Notes: a model not told the origin generated them from the letters alone. 64,000 bases of DNA from Clostridia bacterium (GCA_017436255.1 JAFSDK010000038.1:388-64387); one strand, 5' to 3'. Positions 45,153-55,757 are shown, numbered from the stretch's first letter. Program-made: numbers and translations.

Positions 45153-46032
45153 AGTTAAACACTTTTTCGCCTTTTTGCAGTCGGTTTGCTAACTCATCAA
45201 AAGTTACAAATTCATATCCTAGTTTTTGAAGCAATTTAATAATTGATTCAATTTTGCGATGATAACTTTTAACGCCTGCTCTTAAATAATATTGATCGTG
45301 ACTTTTAAGATTGGGTGTTTGCGGCATTTTCATTTTCGAAAGTTCAAATGGATGCAGATAAAATACATAATAGTCACTATGCGCTAAATACTGACGAAGC
45401 ATTGACAAAAAGAAGGTCCAATCACTTATTCGCGCATAACCGCCGCCTGATACAGGTATACGCAAACCAAGCCATTGGTGGCATGGCATACCAAACTCAA
45501 AAAAATCACCACGTCTAAAAACGTTATCAGTAATCTTGTTAAATCTACTTACATCAATCTCAGCTGCATGAACACGATTCGGGAAATCAAAACGACTGGA
45601 ATCGTACTTAAACCCTAATTCCGAGAGGACATCAAGACGCTCATTATCTAAGCTAAAAAATGGCGCTCTGTATCCTTTAACTTCAACGCCGAAAAGTTCT
45701 TCAAGCCACTTCTTTGCGGTCGCTATTCTATAGCGAAACTCATCACAATCAAGTTTAATAGGCGCTGTATGGTCATAGCCGTGCAGTGCTAAATCGTGAC
45801 CATTCGAAATATAACGTTTCATTTTTCCCTGAACGGCCTGAGCCGCTTCACACATCGCAAAAAACGTCGCTTTAATATTATATTTATCAAGAATTGATAC
45901 ATATTCATCAAGTCCGTCGAGCATATCTTGATCTATCTTTAAATCACTATCCATAATACAGCCCGTATCAGTAAAGTTTTCAAGATCCATTGTGAAAACT
46001 GCCATTTTTCGTCTGTTACTATTTTTCATCAT
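45151..46032 (-). CDS. Polysaccharide deacetylase (CE4, DUF3473-type)
   Basis: FTMDLE, HGYDH, RAPFFS motifs. Confidence 0.7.
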   Translation of the reverse strand: MMKNSNRRKMAVFTMDLENFTDTGCIMDSDLKIDQDMLDGLDEYVSILDKYNIKATFFAMCEAAQAVQGKMKRYISNGHDLALHGYDHTAPIKLDCDEFRYRIATAKKWLEELFGVEVKGYRAPFFSLDNERLDVLSELGFKYDSSRFDFPNRVHAAEIDVSRFNKITDNVFRRGDFFEFGMPCHQWLGLRIPVSGGGYARISDWTFFLSMLRQYLAHSDYYVFYLHPFELSKMKMPQTPNLKSHDQYYLRAGVKSYHRKIESIIKLLQKLGYEFVTFDELANRLQKGEKVFN

Positions 46033-46972
46033 TTAAAAATTCCACTATTGCTTCATCGTATTTTTCTAAATTATTTATGCGAAGATGTGAGTGGCCGCCC
46101 TTGCTAAACCACACAATTCGCTTGTCTACACTACCGCATTTTTCAAATAATTGCTTGCTTTTTTTCGGCAAAGAAAAGACGTCTTTTTCTCCATAAAGAA
46201 ACAATGCCCTCTGTTTTAGTTTACTAATTACGTTAATTGGCGCTGTTTTTATAAGATTTGTACCTGTATGTCTGGTAATCTGAAACATAACTAAATCTAA
46301 AACAGGAAACAACGGTCTATTAATCTGTATCATATGTTGCTTAAAGGTTTCACGGAAACTTGTAAAACAACCTTCAGTAACAATACCTTTTACCGAGTCA
46401 GGACATGCCTTATCTGTCATAGCTAAAAGACCCGATGCGGTGCCAACACAGATAGTGTGAAAATAAATAGTATCAATATTAAAATCATTCTCAAGCTTCT
46501 TTACCCAAGCCAATACGTCGCCACTTTCTTTATAGCCGATAGTATTGTATTTACCATCACTAAATCCGTGAGCGCGTGTATCAATAACCAATACGTTATA
46601 TCCTGCTTTTTGATATGCAGGCGCAAAATAATATGAATATTTAAGGCACTCACATCTTCCGGGTAAAATTATAACACATTTGCCATTATCAGAAAATCGA
46701 TAAAATTCACCGTATAAATTTAATCCATCATTAAAAATATGAACATCTTGCTTTTTATCGGCGTTTTCATCCGCCCACGCACAACCCGCATCCCACATTG
46801 CTTGTTGCTCTTCATTTTCGGGGCACGAACAAACTCTACCCCATTTTTCGGGGTTGGTTCTTACAAGTTGCTCTGCATAAACTCGCTTCGCAATAGGCAC
46901 AGTAACCGATAACATAGCAATAATTCCGCCTACCAAAACAAGCAAGATTGCCGCCGCAATTATCCAATCCAT
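46019..46972 (-). CDS. Membrane-anchored alpha/beta hydrolase
   Basis: N-terminal TM helix, alpha/beta-fold spacing, C-terminal GGHSH. I chose the start at MDWII (GGAGG 7 nt upstream). Confidence 0.6.
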   Translation of the reverse strand: MDWIIAAAILLVLVGGIIAMLSVTVPIAKRVYAEQLVRTNPEKWGRVCSCPENEEQQAMWDAGCAWADENADKKQDVHIFNDGLNLYGEFYRFSDNGKCVIILPGRCECLKYSYYFAPAYQKAGYNVLVIDTRAHGFSDGKYNTIGYKESGDVLAWVKKLENDFNIDTIYFHTICVGTASGLLAMTDKACPDSVKGIVTEGCFTSFRETFKQHMIQINRPLFPVLDLVMFQITRHTGTNLIKTAPINVISKLKQRALFLYGEKDVFSLPKKSKQLFEKCGSVDKRIVWFSKGGHSHLRINNLEKYDEAIVEFLNDEK

Positions 46973-47076
46973 ACAGGTCCTCCATCGCATAAAAAATTAG
47001 CCGAAAATAATAATAAATATATTATAGCAAATATTAAATAAAATTCCACTATTTTTTTATAATTTATCGACTTTTA

Positions 47077-47105
47077 TTGAAAATTGTCGCTTTTTATGTT
47101 ATATT
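47077..47105 (+). promoter_or_regulatory. SigA-type promoter of the fakB-fakB-fakA-plsX operon
   Basis: TTGAAA, 17 nt, TATATT, with TGT immediately upstream of the -10 (extended -10). Confidence 0.55.
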
Positions 47106-47135
47106 AATCATATATGCTTTTTAGGAGAGATTTTA

Positions 47136-48080
47136 ATGAGTAACTTTGTTATTATTCCCGACACTGCGTGCGACCTAACCAAGGACTTACGCGAACGTTT
47201 TGGCATTGAAGATTATCTGCACGGTATTATTTATTACCCTACTGGCGAAGAAAAGAAAATATCGCTTGATTGGGATGATATGACTCCTGAAGAATATTAC
47301 GATTCTATGAAGGGTCGTACTGCTCTATATACAACAGCCACTCCTACCACGGGTGAGACAATTGAAATATTTGAAAAATATCTTTCACAAGGTATAGACG
47401 TTTTAAGTATTTCGTTGTCTGCAGGTCTTTCTTCAACATATTCAAATTGCCTTAACGTAGCAGAAGATTTAAAAAAGAAATACCCTGAACGTAAAATCAT
47501 CTGTATTGACTCAATGAGATATTCAACTTCTCTTGCACTTCTTGTTATAGAAGCTTGTATTAAGCGTAATGAAGGTAAATCAATTGATGAGGTTGCCGAC
47601 TATATTAACGAAATTAAGAATACAATTCATCAAATAGGTTCAATGGATGATTTATTCTTTCTGGTTAAAACAGGTCGTGTAACCAACTTTAAAGCACTAT
47701 TCGGTCAAATGATTGGCCTTAACATTATGGCTGATTTTAACCACAACGGTATGTCTGAAGTTTTGGGTAAAATTAAGGGTCAACGCAACGCTATTGATGC
47801 CGATATTAAATATATAGCCGAAACTATAGTTGAACCTGAAAAACAAATCATTTTTGTTGCTCACACAAATCGTGAAGCGGCAGCAAAACTTCTTGCCGAG
47901 AAAATTAAAGAAACCATGAAACCGAAAGAAGTAATTTTGCACACAGTAGGTATGGCATGCGGTGCCACAATAGGCCCCGGCCTTTGCGCTGCATTTTATC
48001 GTGGTAAACCTATAAGCGAAAATTTAACCGACGAAAAGGCTCTTATGGCACACATCATTGAGTCTCAAAAAAATAAATAA
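47136..48080 (+). CDS. fakB: DegV-family fatty-acid-binding protein (FakB type)
   Basis: IIPDTACDL N-terminus and DegV fold pattern; operon with the DAK2 protein. Confidence 0.8.
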   Translation: MSNFVIIPDTACDLTKDLRERFGIEDYLHGIIYYPTGEEKKISLDWDDMTPEEYYDSMKGRTALYTTATPTTGETIEIFEKYLSQGIDVLSISLSAGLSSTYSNCLNVAEDLKKKYPERKIICIDSMRYSTSLALLVIEACIKRNEGKSIDEVADYINEIKNTIHQIGSMDDLFFLVKTGRVTNFKALFGQMIGLNIMADFNHNGMSEVLGKIKGQRNAIDADIKYIAETIVEPEKQIIFVAHTNREAAAKLLAEKIKETMKPKEVILHTVGMACGATIGPGLCAAFYRGKPISENLTDEKALMAHIIESQKNK

Positions 48081-48093
48081 AGGGGATAAAAAA

Positions 48094-48978
48094 ATGAGTT
48101 TCACTATTATTGCTGACTCAACATCAGACCTTAACAAAGAACTTCGAGATAGGTACAAAATTGACTACGTAACAATGAACTACGTTCTTGACGGAGTTGA
48201 ATACCCTGCGTCACTTGACTGGGAAAGTCACTCACCTAAAGAGTTCTACGACCTTATGCGTCAGGGCAAGCGTATTACAACCACTCAGGTTCCGCGTGAA
48301 TTGTTTTATGATAAATTTTCTGCCAACCTTAAAGATGGCAAAGACGTAATTTATATTGCTTGTTCTTCTGCCCTTTCAGGTTCCTATAACCTTGCCACCG
48401 TTGTTGCAAAAGAATTAGCAGACGAATATCCCAACAACACCGTTTTCTGTGTTGACTCACTAATAAGTTCACTTGGTCAAGGCAGTTTAGCTATTAAGGC
48501 TTCGGAGCTAAGAAGCGAAGGCAAAACCGCTGCTGAAACAGCAGATTTTCTTATATCAAATCGCCTAAAATTTAATCAATTTGGTACCGCAGACACTCTT
48601 GAGTATCTACGCCGTGCCGGTCGAGTAAAGGCTTCAAAGGCATTCTTCGGAAACCTTTTTGGTGTTAAACCAATTATTATTTCTGACGTTAATGGCCAAA
48701 ACTATGCTTACAAAAAGACAAAAGGTTCTTTAAATGCTAAAATCGCTATTGCCGAAGACATCGCAGCCGCTGTGGAAAACCCCCAAGACCAAATTCTTTA
48801 TATTTCGCACGGTGATGATATTACAAGCGCTGAGCAGTTAAAAGAAATTATTCTTGAGCGTGTCGCATTCAAGGGCGTACATATTGACCATATTGGACCG
48901 ATAGTCGGTTCCTGCGTAGGTCCCGGCACAATTATAGGTTTTTGTTGCGGCAAAGAAGTTACAATTAAGGGTGAATAA
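48094..48978 (+). CDS. fakB: DegV-family fatty-acid-binding protein (second FakB paralogue)
   Basis: MSFTIIADSTSDL. Start trimmed from the ORF-track 48058. Confidence 0.8.
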   Translation: MSFTIIADSTSDLNKELRDRYKIDYVTMNYVLDGVEYPASLDWESHSPKEFYDLMRQGKRITTTQVPRELFYDKFSANLKDGKDVIYIACSSALSGSYNLATVVAKELADEYPNNTVFCVDSLISSLGQGSLAIKASELRSEGKTAAETADFLISNRLKFNQFGTADTLEYLRRAGRVKASKAFFGNLFGVKPIIISDVNGQNYAYKKTKGSLNAKIAIAEDIAAAVENPQDQILYISHGDDITSAEQLKEIILERVAFKGVHIDHIGPIVGSCVGPGTIIGFCCGKEVTIKGE

Positions 48979-48983
48979 CTATT

Positions 48984-50606
48984 ATGCAAACATCTACTAT
49001 TAGCGTCAAACTCTGGCAAGATATGTTGGCTGGTGGCTACCGAAATTTAAAACAAAATATGTCGGTCATAGATGATCTTAACGTTTTCCCTGTACCCGAT
49101 GGTGATACCGGTAAAAATATGACTATGACTATTGAAGGTGGCGTTTTCGCAACACAAGGAGACTTTGATGGAATTGGCGCTCTTATGACCAAATTTTCAC
49201 GTAATTCATTATTATCTGCAAGGGGTAATTCGGGCGTTATTCTTTCACAGTTTATACGCGGTCTTGCCTTTGGCAGTGAATCGGTAAATGAATTCACACC
49301 CGAAACCTTTACAACGGCTTATGAGTGTGGTGTTAAATACGCCTATAATGCTGTTGCTAAGCCCACCGAAGGCACTATGCTTACGGTACTTAGAGAGGGC
49401 GGCGAATTTTTAACAAAACAAAATTTCGAGAATTTTAAAGATTGCTTTGATGCTCTTATTGAAGAATTACACCGTTCTTTACGCAACACCCCTGAACTCT
49501 TGCCCGTACTTAAAGAGGCCAGCGTTGTTGATAGCGGCGGTGCAGGTATAATTTGTATTTTTGAGGGTATGCAGGCGGTACTTAACGGCGAAAGTATTGA
49601 TGATATTGATATTCCCGTTGACTCAAGTTTTGTTGATACATCAAATTTCAACGAAGACAGTACGCTTGAATACGGCTATTGTACCGAATTTATTTTGCAA
49701 CTTCTTAACTGCAAGACCGATATTGCGGCTTTTCGTCTTGAAGAAATGACCGCTAAACTAGAACAGTTGGGTGACTCGGTTGTAACGGTACAGGACGGAA
49801 GTATTGTTAAGATACACGTACACTCATTCTCACCTGAAGAGGTTATACGATACGTTAGACGATACGGCGAACTTGTAAACGTTAAAATTGAAAATATGTC
49901 GGTACAACATAGCGAAATTGAGGCTGCTGCCGCTAAGCATGAGAAGTTTGCAGTTATTGCCACCGCCACAGGTGACGGTATAATGGAATTCTTTAAAGGC
50001 ATTGGCGTAAGCGAGGTTATTAACGGCGGCCGTACAAACAACCCGTCTGCCGATGATTTTATTCAGGCTTTCAACAAGGTAAATGCAGATTATATAATTG
50101 TTTTACCTAACGATTCAAACGTTGTACTTACCGCTGAACAGGCCGCTAAACTTTATGATAAATCAGACGTTAGAGTTATTAAAACTCGCTCAATTGCAGA
50201 AGGCTTTTCTGCACTATCAATGATGGACCTTTCGGTTGATACCATTGACGAATTGATAAGCGATATGACACAGTGTCTGCCCTATGTGGCTTCAGGTTAC
50301 GTTACAACCGCAACACGTGACGCACTTTTTAGTGGTGTTAACATTAAAAAGGACGATTGGATAGGACTTGAAGGCGACACAATATATGCCGCTACTAATA
50401 ATCCGATAGATGCTGCTATGTTACTCTTTGAACGTCTACCCAACATTGACGAAAAACAGGTTATAACTGCTTTTTACGGCAAGGGCGTTACAGAAGACGA
50501 GGTAAATAAATTAGAGAAACTCTTTAGCGAAAAATATCCTTTAATTGAACTTGGATTTATAAAGGGTGACCAAGACGTTTACCGTTATATTTTCGCCATC
50601 GAATAA
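48984..50606 (+). CDS. fakA: DAK2-domain fatty acid kinase subunit (FakA/YloV type)
   Basis: VFPVPDGDTGKNM; 540 aa. Confidence 0.8.
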   Translation: MQTSTISVKLWQDMLAGGYRNLKQNMSVIDDLNVFPVPDGDTGKNMTMTIEGGVFATQGDFDGIGALMTKFSRNSLLSARGNSGVILSQFIRGLAFGSESVNEFTPETFTTAYECGVKYAYNAVAKPTEGTMLTVLREGGEFLTKQNFENFKDCFDALIEELHRSLRNTPELLPVLKEASVVDSGGAGIICIFEGMQAVLNGESIDDIDIPVDSSFVDTSNFNEDSTLEYGYCTEFILQLLNCKTDIAAFRLEEMTAKLEQLGDSVVTVQDGSIVKIHVHSFSPEEVIRYVRRYGELVNVKIENMSVQHSEIEAAAAKHEKFAVIATATGDGIMEFFKGIGVSEVINGGRTNNPSADDFIQAFNKVNADYIIVLPNDSNVVLTAEQAAKLYDKSDVRVIKTRSIAEGFSALSMMDLSVDTIDELISDMTQCLPYVASGYVTTATRDALFSGVNIKKDDWIGLEGDTIYAATNNPIDAAMLLFERLPNIDEKQVITAFYGKGVTEDEVNKLEKLFSEKYPLIELGFIKGDQDVYRYIFAIE

Positions 50607-50618
50607 GAAGGTATTTAA

Positions 50619-51605
50619 ATGAAAAAAGTTATTGTTGATATTTTTGGCGCCGACGCAGGTCCCGCACCCGTAATAAAGGGCACGCTTAATGCACTTGAAA
50701 AATTTAGTGAACTTGGCGTTGTTTTTATTGGCAGTCGCAATATAATTGAACAATATTGTCGTGAAAACGACAGAATTGAAATTATTGAAACCGACGATTA
50801 TATAACCAATGAAGAAAACCCACAGGTTATTTTTACAGGCCGTGACAATTCTTCGATTGCACTCGGTTATAAAAGACTTAAAAGCGATGATGACTGTATT
50901 GGTATGATAAGTGCAGGTAGCACAGGTGCTTTACTTATAGGTTCAATTTGTCGTTTAGGGCTTATTAAAGGACTTAAAACCCCTGCCCTGTCATCAAATT
51001 TACCGCTTTATAATGGTGAAACCGCATGTCTTGTTGATTGTGGCGCAAATATTCAATGCACCGCAAAAGACCTTATGCGATTTGCGGTTATGGGTAATGC
51101 TTTCCGCCAAAGCATTAAGCCGGAAGCCACACCGCGTGTTGCACTTATGTCGGTAGGCCGTGAAGATAACAAAGGTACACCGCTTATTCAAGAGGCTTTT
51201 TCACTTATTAAAGAATTACCCATTAATTTCATTGGTAATATGGAGGGTAATGATTTTGTTACGGGATATGCCGACGTAATTGTTACCGACGGATACGCAG
51301 GCAATATCATACTTAAAAATACCGAAGCTACGGGTGCCGTTGCACGCGGCATAGTTTCTGCCGTTGCTGAAAAGCATAGTCAACAAAATGAGCCTGTTGT
51401 AAAAGAAATATTAAAGGAATTAACCCTCGCATTTGATTTTAATACACGTGGAGGCGCTACTTTCTTAGGCACAAATAAAACCGTTATTAAAATGCATGGA
51501 TGCGCTACCGAGATTACACCCGTTGCTTGTATTGACCAATTGTTAAGACTTGAAGCATCAGGTTTCTCGCAAAAAATTAAAACTGCATTGCAGAATATAC
51601 AGTAA
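50619..51605 (+). CDS. plsX: Phosphate acyltransferase PlsX
   Basis: VTDGYAGNIILKNTE, MHGCA; 328 aa. Confidence 0.8.
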   Translation: MKKVIVDIFGADAGPAPVIKGTLNALEKFSELGVVFIGSRNIIEQYCRENDRIEIIETDDYITNEENPQVIFTGRDNSSIALGYKRLKSDDDCIGMISAGSTGALLIGSICRLGLIKGLKTPALSSNLPLYNGETACLVDCGANIQCTAKDLMRFAVMGNAFRQSIKPEATPRVALMSVGREDNKGTPLIQEAFSLIKELPINFIGNMEGNDFVTGYADVIVTDGYAGNIILKNTEATGAVARGIVSAVAEKHSQQNEPVVKEILKELTLAFDFNTRGGATFLGTNKTVIKMHGCATEITPVACIDQLLRLEASGFSQKIKTALQNIQ

Positions 51606-51613
51606 ACAAAAAA

Positions 51614-51637
51614 GCGATACCGTTTTTTCGGTATCGC
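51614..51637. terminator. Hairpin between convergent plsX and the GT2 gene
   Basis: GCGATACCG-TTTTTT-CGGTATCGC. The U-tract is good only for the minus-strand gene. Confidence 0.6.
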
Positions 51638-51645
51638 CTGATTAT

Positions 51646-52659
51646 TTATTTAATTGTCTTATGCATCAATTTATGTACTTGATACTCAACTAAAAGCATT
51701 AACAACGCCGCTACGTTTACCGATATAATCAAAGGTATTGCCGTTGTAAACAGAGTAATTACCTCTACTAATATGGTGTATGCCGTTGCACGAATTACGC
51801 TAAAACAAAGTATTCTCATACCGTCTTTATAGGTCACCTTTGAAAACACCAAAAACTTTTGTGTTAAAAAGGTAATAAATGCGCCTATCATAACGGCAGT
51901 TGGTATTGTAATAACCGAATATTCATAACCAAATATAACGGTTGCTACCATTGTAAGCACTTGCCATATTGCTACGCCTAAGCAAGACGGCCAAACACTT
52001 GAAAACAATCTTTTATAAATGCGCAGTGTATCGGCTACGGGATTAAAATGTGAACTTTTATTGCCATCTATGTATATTGCTTTAATTGGTAATGTTGTAA
52101 TTTTTATGCCCTGTTTATCCGCATAACATAACATATTCATTTCATAATCGTACTTGTCGCCCTTTACTCTAAGCAACCAGTCGATATGTTTAACCGCAAA
52201 TCCCCTAAGGCCTGACTGATTGTCATCAAAGTAATGTCCGTTCATAACGGTATAAACTATTCTCGATAGGTCGTTACCGAATTTTGAACGGAATGGCATA
52301 TTTTTTTGAAACTCTCTAACAGTTAACACAAAATCTTTACCACTTTTTAGTGTTTGCTGTACGCGAATAATATCTTCTACTTTATGTTGACCATCAGCAT
52401 CTGCGGTTATAAACTCTTCGCAAGTTGGGAAGTGCTCTTTAATTGCGGCAAATCCCCTTTTAAGCGCCGCGCCCTTTCCCTCGTTTTTTGGTGAGTTTAT
52501 AATTTTTGCCTTGTCGGTAATAGCAGTGAAAATCTTATTGTAAGTTTCATCACTACCGTCGTTTACGACCAATACCGAAAAATTTTGCTCGTGCAGGCGA
52601 TCGACCAAACCAATCAATTGTTCATCCGGTTGATATGCCGGTATAACAACCACACTCAT
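51646..52659 (-). CDS. GT2 glycosyltransferase fused to a GtrA-like membrane domain
   Basis: VVIPAYQPDE...VLVVNDGS, ADADGQH; four C-terminal TM helices. Confidence 0.7.
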   Translation of the reverse strand: MSVVVIPAYQPDEQLIGLVDRLHEQNFSVLVVNDGSDETYNKIFTAITDKAKIINSPKNEGKGAALKRGFAAIKEHFPTCEEFITADADGQHKVEDIIRVQQTLKSGKDFVLTVREFQKNMPFRSKFGNDLSRIVYTVMNGHYFDDNQSGLRGFAVKHIDWLLRVKGDKYDYEMNMLCYADKQGIKITTLPIKAIYIDGNKSSHFNPVADTLRIYKRLFSSVWPSCLGVAIWQVLTMVATVIFGYEYSVITIPTAVMIGAFITFLTQKFLVFSKVTYKDGMRILCFSVIRATAYTILVEVITLFTTAIPLIISVNVAALLMLLVEYQVHKLMHKTIK

Positions 52660-52688
52660 CCTCTAATCCCCTTTTTATAAAACAAAAC

Positions 52689-53621
52689 TTATGTTTCTGT
52701 TCTCAAGAAACGATCAATTCCATCAATAAGAAAGTCGTTTGCTTGTCCGCTTTCATCAAACAATAAGTTTGTATGCCCATTTTGCCCTACCTTATCACAT
52801 AGCAAATATTCAACGTTATCACGTTGAGATTTTAAACTATGCGAGTAAAGTGAATACTTTTCTAAACTATATTTTTCATCAGCACTTCCCTGCACTATCA
52901 TAACAGGTACGTTGCTTTCACTTATTAAGCGTGCCGCATTTAAGTTTGAAACCTTACTGCCAAAAAGTGAATCTTGATACATATACAAAAACGGATAATT
53001 TGCGTATGCTAACACGCCAACCGTACTTTCGGCAGGTTGAATAACTGCTTCCATACTACTGTTAACGGCACTAACTGCAACAACCGCCTTTATGTCATAA
53101 TTAAACGAAAGCACACCACATGCGGCATATGCGCCACGAGAATGACCTAACAAATAGATGTCTTCATAACCAAATCTGTCATTCTGTTCGGCAAAATCAA
53201 GTGCCGCTTTTAAATCGTATATTACTTGTGAAAATCCAACCGCAGAGTTGCCCTCACTTAAACAACTGCCTGTTGGGTCAAAACAAAACACTGCCCAGCC
53301 CTTTTTATTTAAAGAGTCGATTTGCCACAAATATTCATCAACCGAAGCGTGATAACCCGGTATAAAAATAATAAGACCGTCACTATCGGCATTATAGATA
53401 TAGCCACTTAGTTCATTTTTTCCGCTTTTGAATTTTATAGATTCTCTATTTTCAACCAATTCAGAAAGTGCAGACGGCACGGATGGTATTATGTCGTATC
53501 GCTCAAAAATCCCATCATAAACCACCTTGGTAACCAAAAATGAAGCAATAATTACCAAAAATATGGAAATAATGATACCTGACCAAATCCTTTTGAAGAA
53601 TTTCTTCTTTGAAGATATCAT
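52689..53621 (-). CDS. Membrane-anchored alpha/beta hydrolase
   Basis: GHSRGA nucleophile elbow; N-terminal TM helix. Confidence 0.65.
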   Translation of the reverse strand: MISSKKKFFKRIWSGIIISIFLVIIASFLVTKVVYDGIFERYDIIPSVPSALSELVENRESIKFKSGKNELSGYIYNADSDGLIIFIPGYHASVDEYLWQIDSLNKKGWAVFCFDPTGSCLSEGNSAVGFSQVIYDLKAALDFAEQNDRFGYEDIYLLGHSRGAYAACGVLSFNYDIKAVVAVSAVNSSMEAVIQPAESTVGVLAYANYPFLYMYQDSLFGSKVSNLNAARLISESNVPVMIVQGSADEKYSLEKYSLYSHSLKSQRDNVEYLLCDKVGQNGHTNLLFDESGQANDFLIDGIDRFLRTET

Positions 53622-53667
53622 TATTATCACCACTCTAAAAAAAATAATGTATGAGGAGTAAAAGAAT

Positions 53668-54630
53668 ATGTGTTTTCCACAGATAATAAAGGAAGATGAT
53701 TATCTAACCCGTATCGGCGAAATTCTTAAAAGTTTAAAGCCGTACAAAACGGTTGAAAAGGTGCCGGGTTTTGATTCTGAGGACCTTTATCTCGAAAGAT
53801 ATGTAAGACCTGAAAACACCGCAAATATTGTGATACTTCACGGTTTTACCGAGTTTTCAGAAAAATACACCGAAATGATTTGGTATTTTTTCAGTCTTAA
53901 AATGAACGTATTTATTTATGACCAACGCGGTCACGGTAATTCATACCGCCAAGTTGACAATATAAAACTCATACATGTATCATCCTTTTACGACTATGTA
54001 AAAGACCTTGATTCTGTAATTGAAAATCAGGTAAAAGTTTATGGCAAAGATTTACCTGTTTATTTATTTTCTCACTCAATGGGAGGAGCAATTGCCGCAC
54101 TTTATACCGCAGAATATCCAAATAAAATAGCAAAATCCGTAATGTCATCACCGATGATTAGCCCAAAAACGCATAATATACCGCGCAAACTTGTTATGTG
54201 GAAGGCAAACAAACATGGTGTAAGGGATGGTTGGGAAGCAAAATTCCCATATGCCGCTGAATTTAATCCCGACGTAAGTTTTGAAAATACTGTTGATGGT
54301 TCAGAGGTGCGTTTTAACACAATTTTTAAATTACGACTTGCAACGCCACAGTATCAATCATCATCGGCCACTAACCGTTGGATGTGGGAAGCCATTAACG
54401 TTCAAGATTTAATACTAAAACATAAAAATCTAAAGAAAGCAAATACAGAAGTTTTAATACTAACTGCGGGAAATGAAACCGTTGTTAAAAACAAATTGCA
54501 ATTAAAATATGCCAAAAAAATAAATAACTGTAAGCAAATCACAATAGATGGTGCTAAACATAACCTGTTTATTTCATCGAATGAGATGCTTGAAAGTTAT
54601 TATAACAATATATTCACTTTTTTAAGCTGA
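53668..54630 (+). CDS. Alpha/beta hydrolase (lysophospholipase / monoacylglycerol lipase-like)
   Basis: HGFTEFSEKY, SHSMGG; GAGGAG RBS. Confidence 0.65.
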   Translation: MCFPQIIKEDDYLTRIGEILKSLKPYKTVEKVPGFDSEDLYLERYVRPENTANIVILHGFTEFSEKYTEMIWYFFSLKMNVFIYDQRGHGNSYRQVDNIKLIHVSSFYDYVKDLDSVIENQVKVYGKDLPVYLFSHSMGGAIAALYTAEYPNKIAKSVMSSPMISPKTHNIPRKLVMWKANKHGVRDGWEAKFPYAAEFNPDVSFENTVDGSEVRFNTIFKLRLATPQYQSSSATNRWMWEAINVQDLILKHKNLKKANTEVLILTAGNETVVKNKLQLKYAKKINNCKQITIDGAKHNLFISSNEMLESYYNNIFTFLS

Positions 54631-54657
54631 AGATAATTATTTATCTTCAGCTTTTTT
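54626..54657 (+). terminator. Terminator
   Basis: GCTGAAGATAA-TTAT-TTATCTTCAGC followed by TTTTTT. Confidence 0.75.
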
Positions 54658-55011
54658 ATTAAATAACTGTTTAGCCGTGCCTATTATTACTTCAATAATC
54701 TGATCAACGTTTGATTTTTCCTTTACATCAACATTTACAACCTTGACATCGTTGTCTTTAATAACTAAAAAGCTCATCGGTACCATATCAACCTTTGCGC
54801 CTCCACCCGTAGGTTGATTGCGCTTTTTATGCGAATTATCAACAATATCTGCGCCACCACCTGCAAACGAAACCGATAATTTAGAAACAGGCACTATAGT
54901 CACACCGTCCTTTTGGAACGGCTCACCTAAAACCGAATTACTCTTTACAAGATTTATTGTTCGCTCTGCAACAAACTCCATAACCTCTGTTACGTTGTTT
55001 CGCCCAGTCAT
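54637..55011 (-). CDS. ytfJ: Sporulation protein YtfJ/GerW family
   Basis: GEPFQKDGVTIVPVSKLSVSFAGGGAD. Confidence 0.75.
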   Translation of the reverse strand: MTGRNNVTEVMEFVAERTINLVKSNSVLGEPFQKDGVTIVPVSKLSVSFAGGGADIVDNSHKKRNQPTGGGAKVDMVPMSFLVIKDNDVKVVNVDVKEKSNVDQIIEVIIGTAKQLFNKKAEDK

Positions 55012-55646
55012 TATATCACACCCTGAGTCTCAAGATTTCGCTTAACAATGTAGAACAATGCGCGTATTATATGAAACGTTTTTACACGTAATTCAAGGTA
55101 CACGCTATAACTTGAATCATCATTTAGATAATCACAGGTTATATTAACGTTCATTTTACGTTCATTAACCTTAAAGTTTGATTTTACGTACCCAACAATT
55201 GGATAAATTACCGCACAAGCAGTGCCGTAATCAATAGCAGCATCCTCCCCTGCGCTTACACTAACTATGTCAAATTTTTTAATTTTACAGTACTTAAGTA
55301 TCCAAACAACACGATTTAAAATTGCTAATAAAACATCTGCGGTCTCTTTGACAGTAACGGCAGTACCACGATTTTCCATAGTCGTTCTAATAGTCTTAAC
55401 ACTCTCAAGATGAGAAATACCGACCGCTTTTTTTACACCCTTAATAATTACGTTATTAGGGTCAGGTTCTTCTCCATAAAGTTTACCTAAAAAGCGATAA
55501 AGAAATTTAAAACCATTTTTGTCATCAACCGAAATTAAAACGCCAACAGGCAAACAAAGGGCTATTGCAACTATTAGCAGAATAACAGCTAATATAATTC
55601 CAAAAATCTTTAGAACTATCACGCAGACCCTCCTACTGCAAAACAT
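55011..55646 (-). CDS. YtfI-like (DUF2953) sporulation membrane protein
   Basis: Synteny and TAATG coupling with ytfJ; N-terminal TM helix. An alternative GTG start at 55622 has AGGAGG 6 nt upstream. Confidence 0.5.
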   Translation of the reverse strand: MFCSRRVCVIVLKIFGIILAVILLIVAIALCLPVGVLISVDDKNGFKFLYRFLGKLYGEEPDPNNVIIKGVKKAVGISHLESVKTIRTTMENRGTAVTVKETADVLLAILNRVVWILKYCKIKKFDIVSVSAGEDAAIDYGTACAVIYPIVGYVKSNFKVNERKMNVNITCDYLNDDSSYSVYLELRVKTFHIIRALFYIVKRNLETQGVI

Positions 55647-55757
55647 TATATAAATATTTTACCATACGAAAAAAACAAATTCAATATAAATTATTTGTAG
55701 ATTATCGCATTTTATTACGCCTTTTGGTCACACTAATAAAAAGGAAAGGTGATATAA

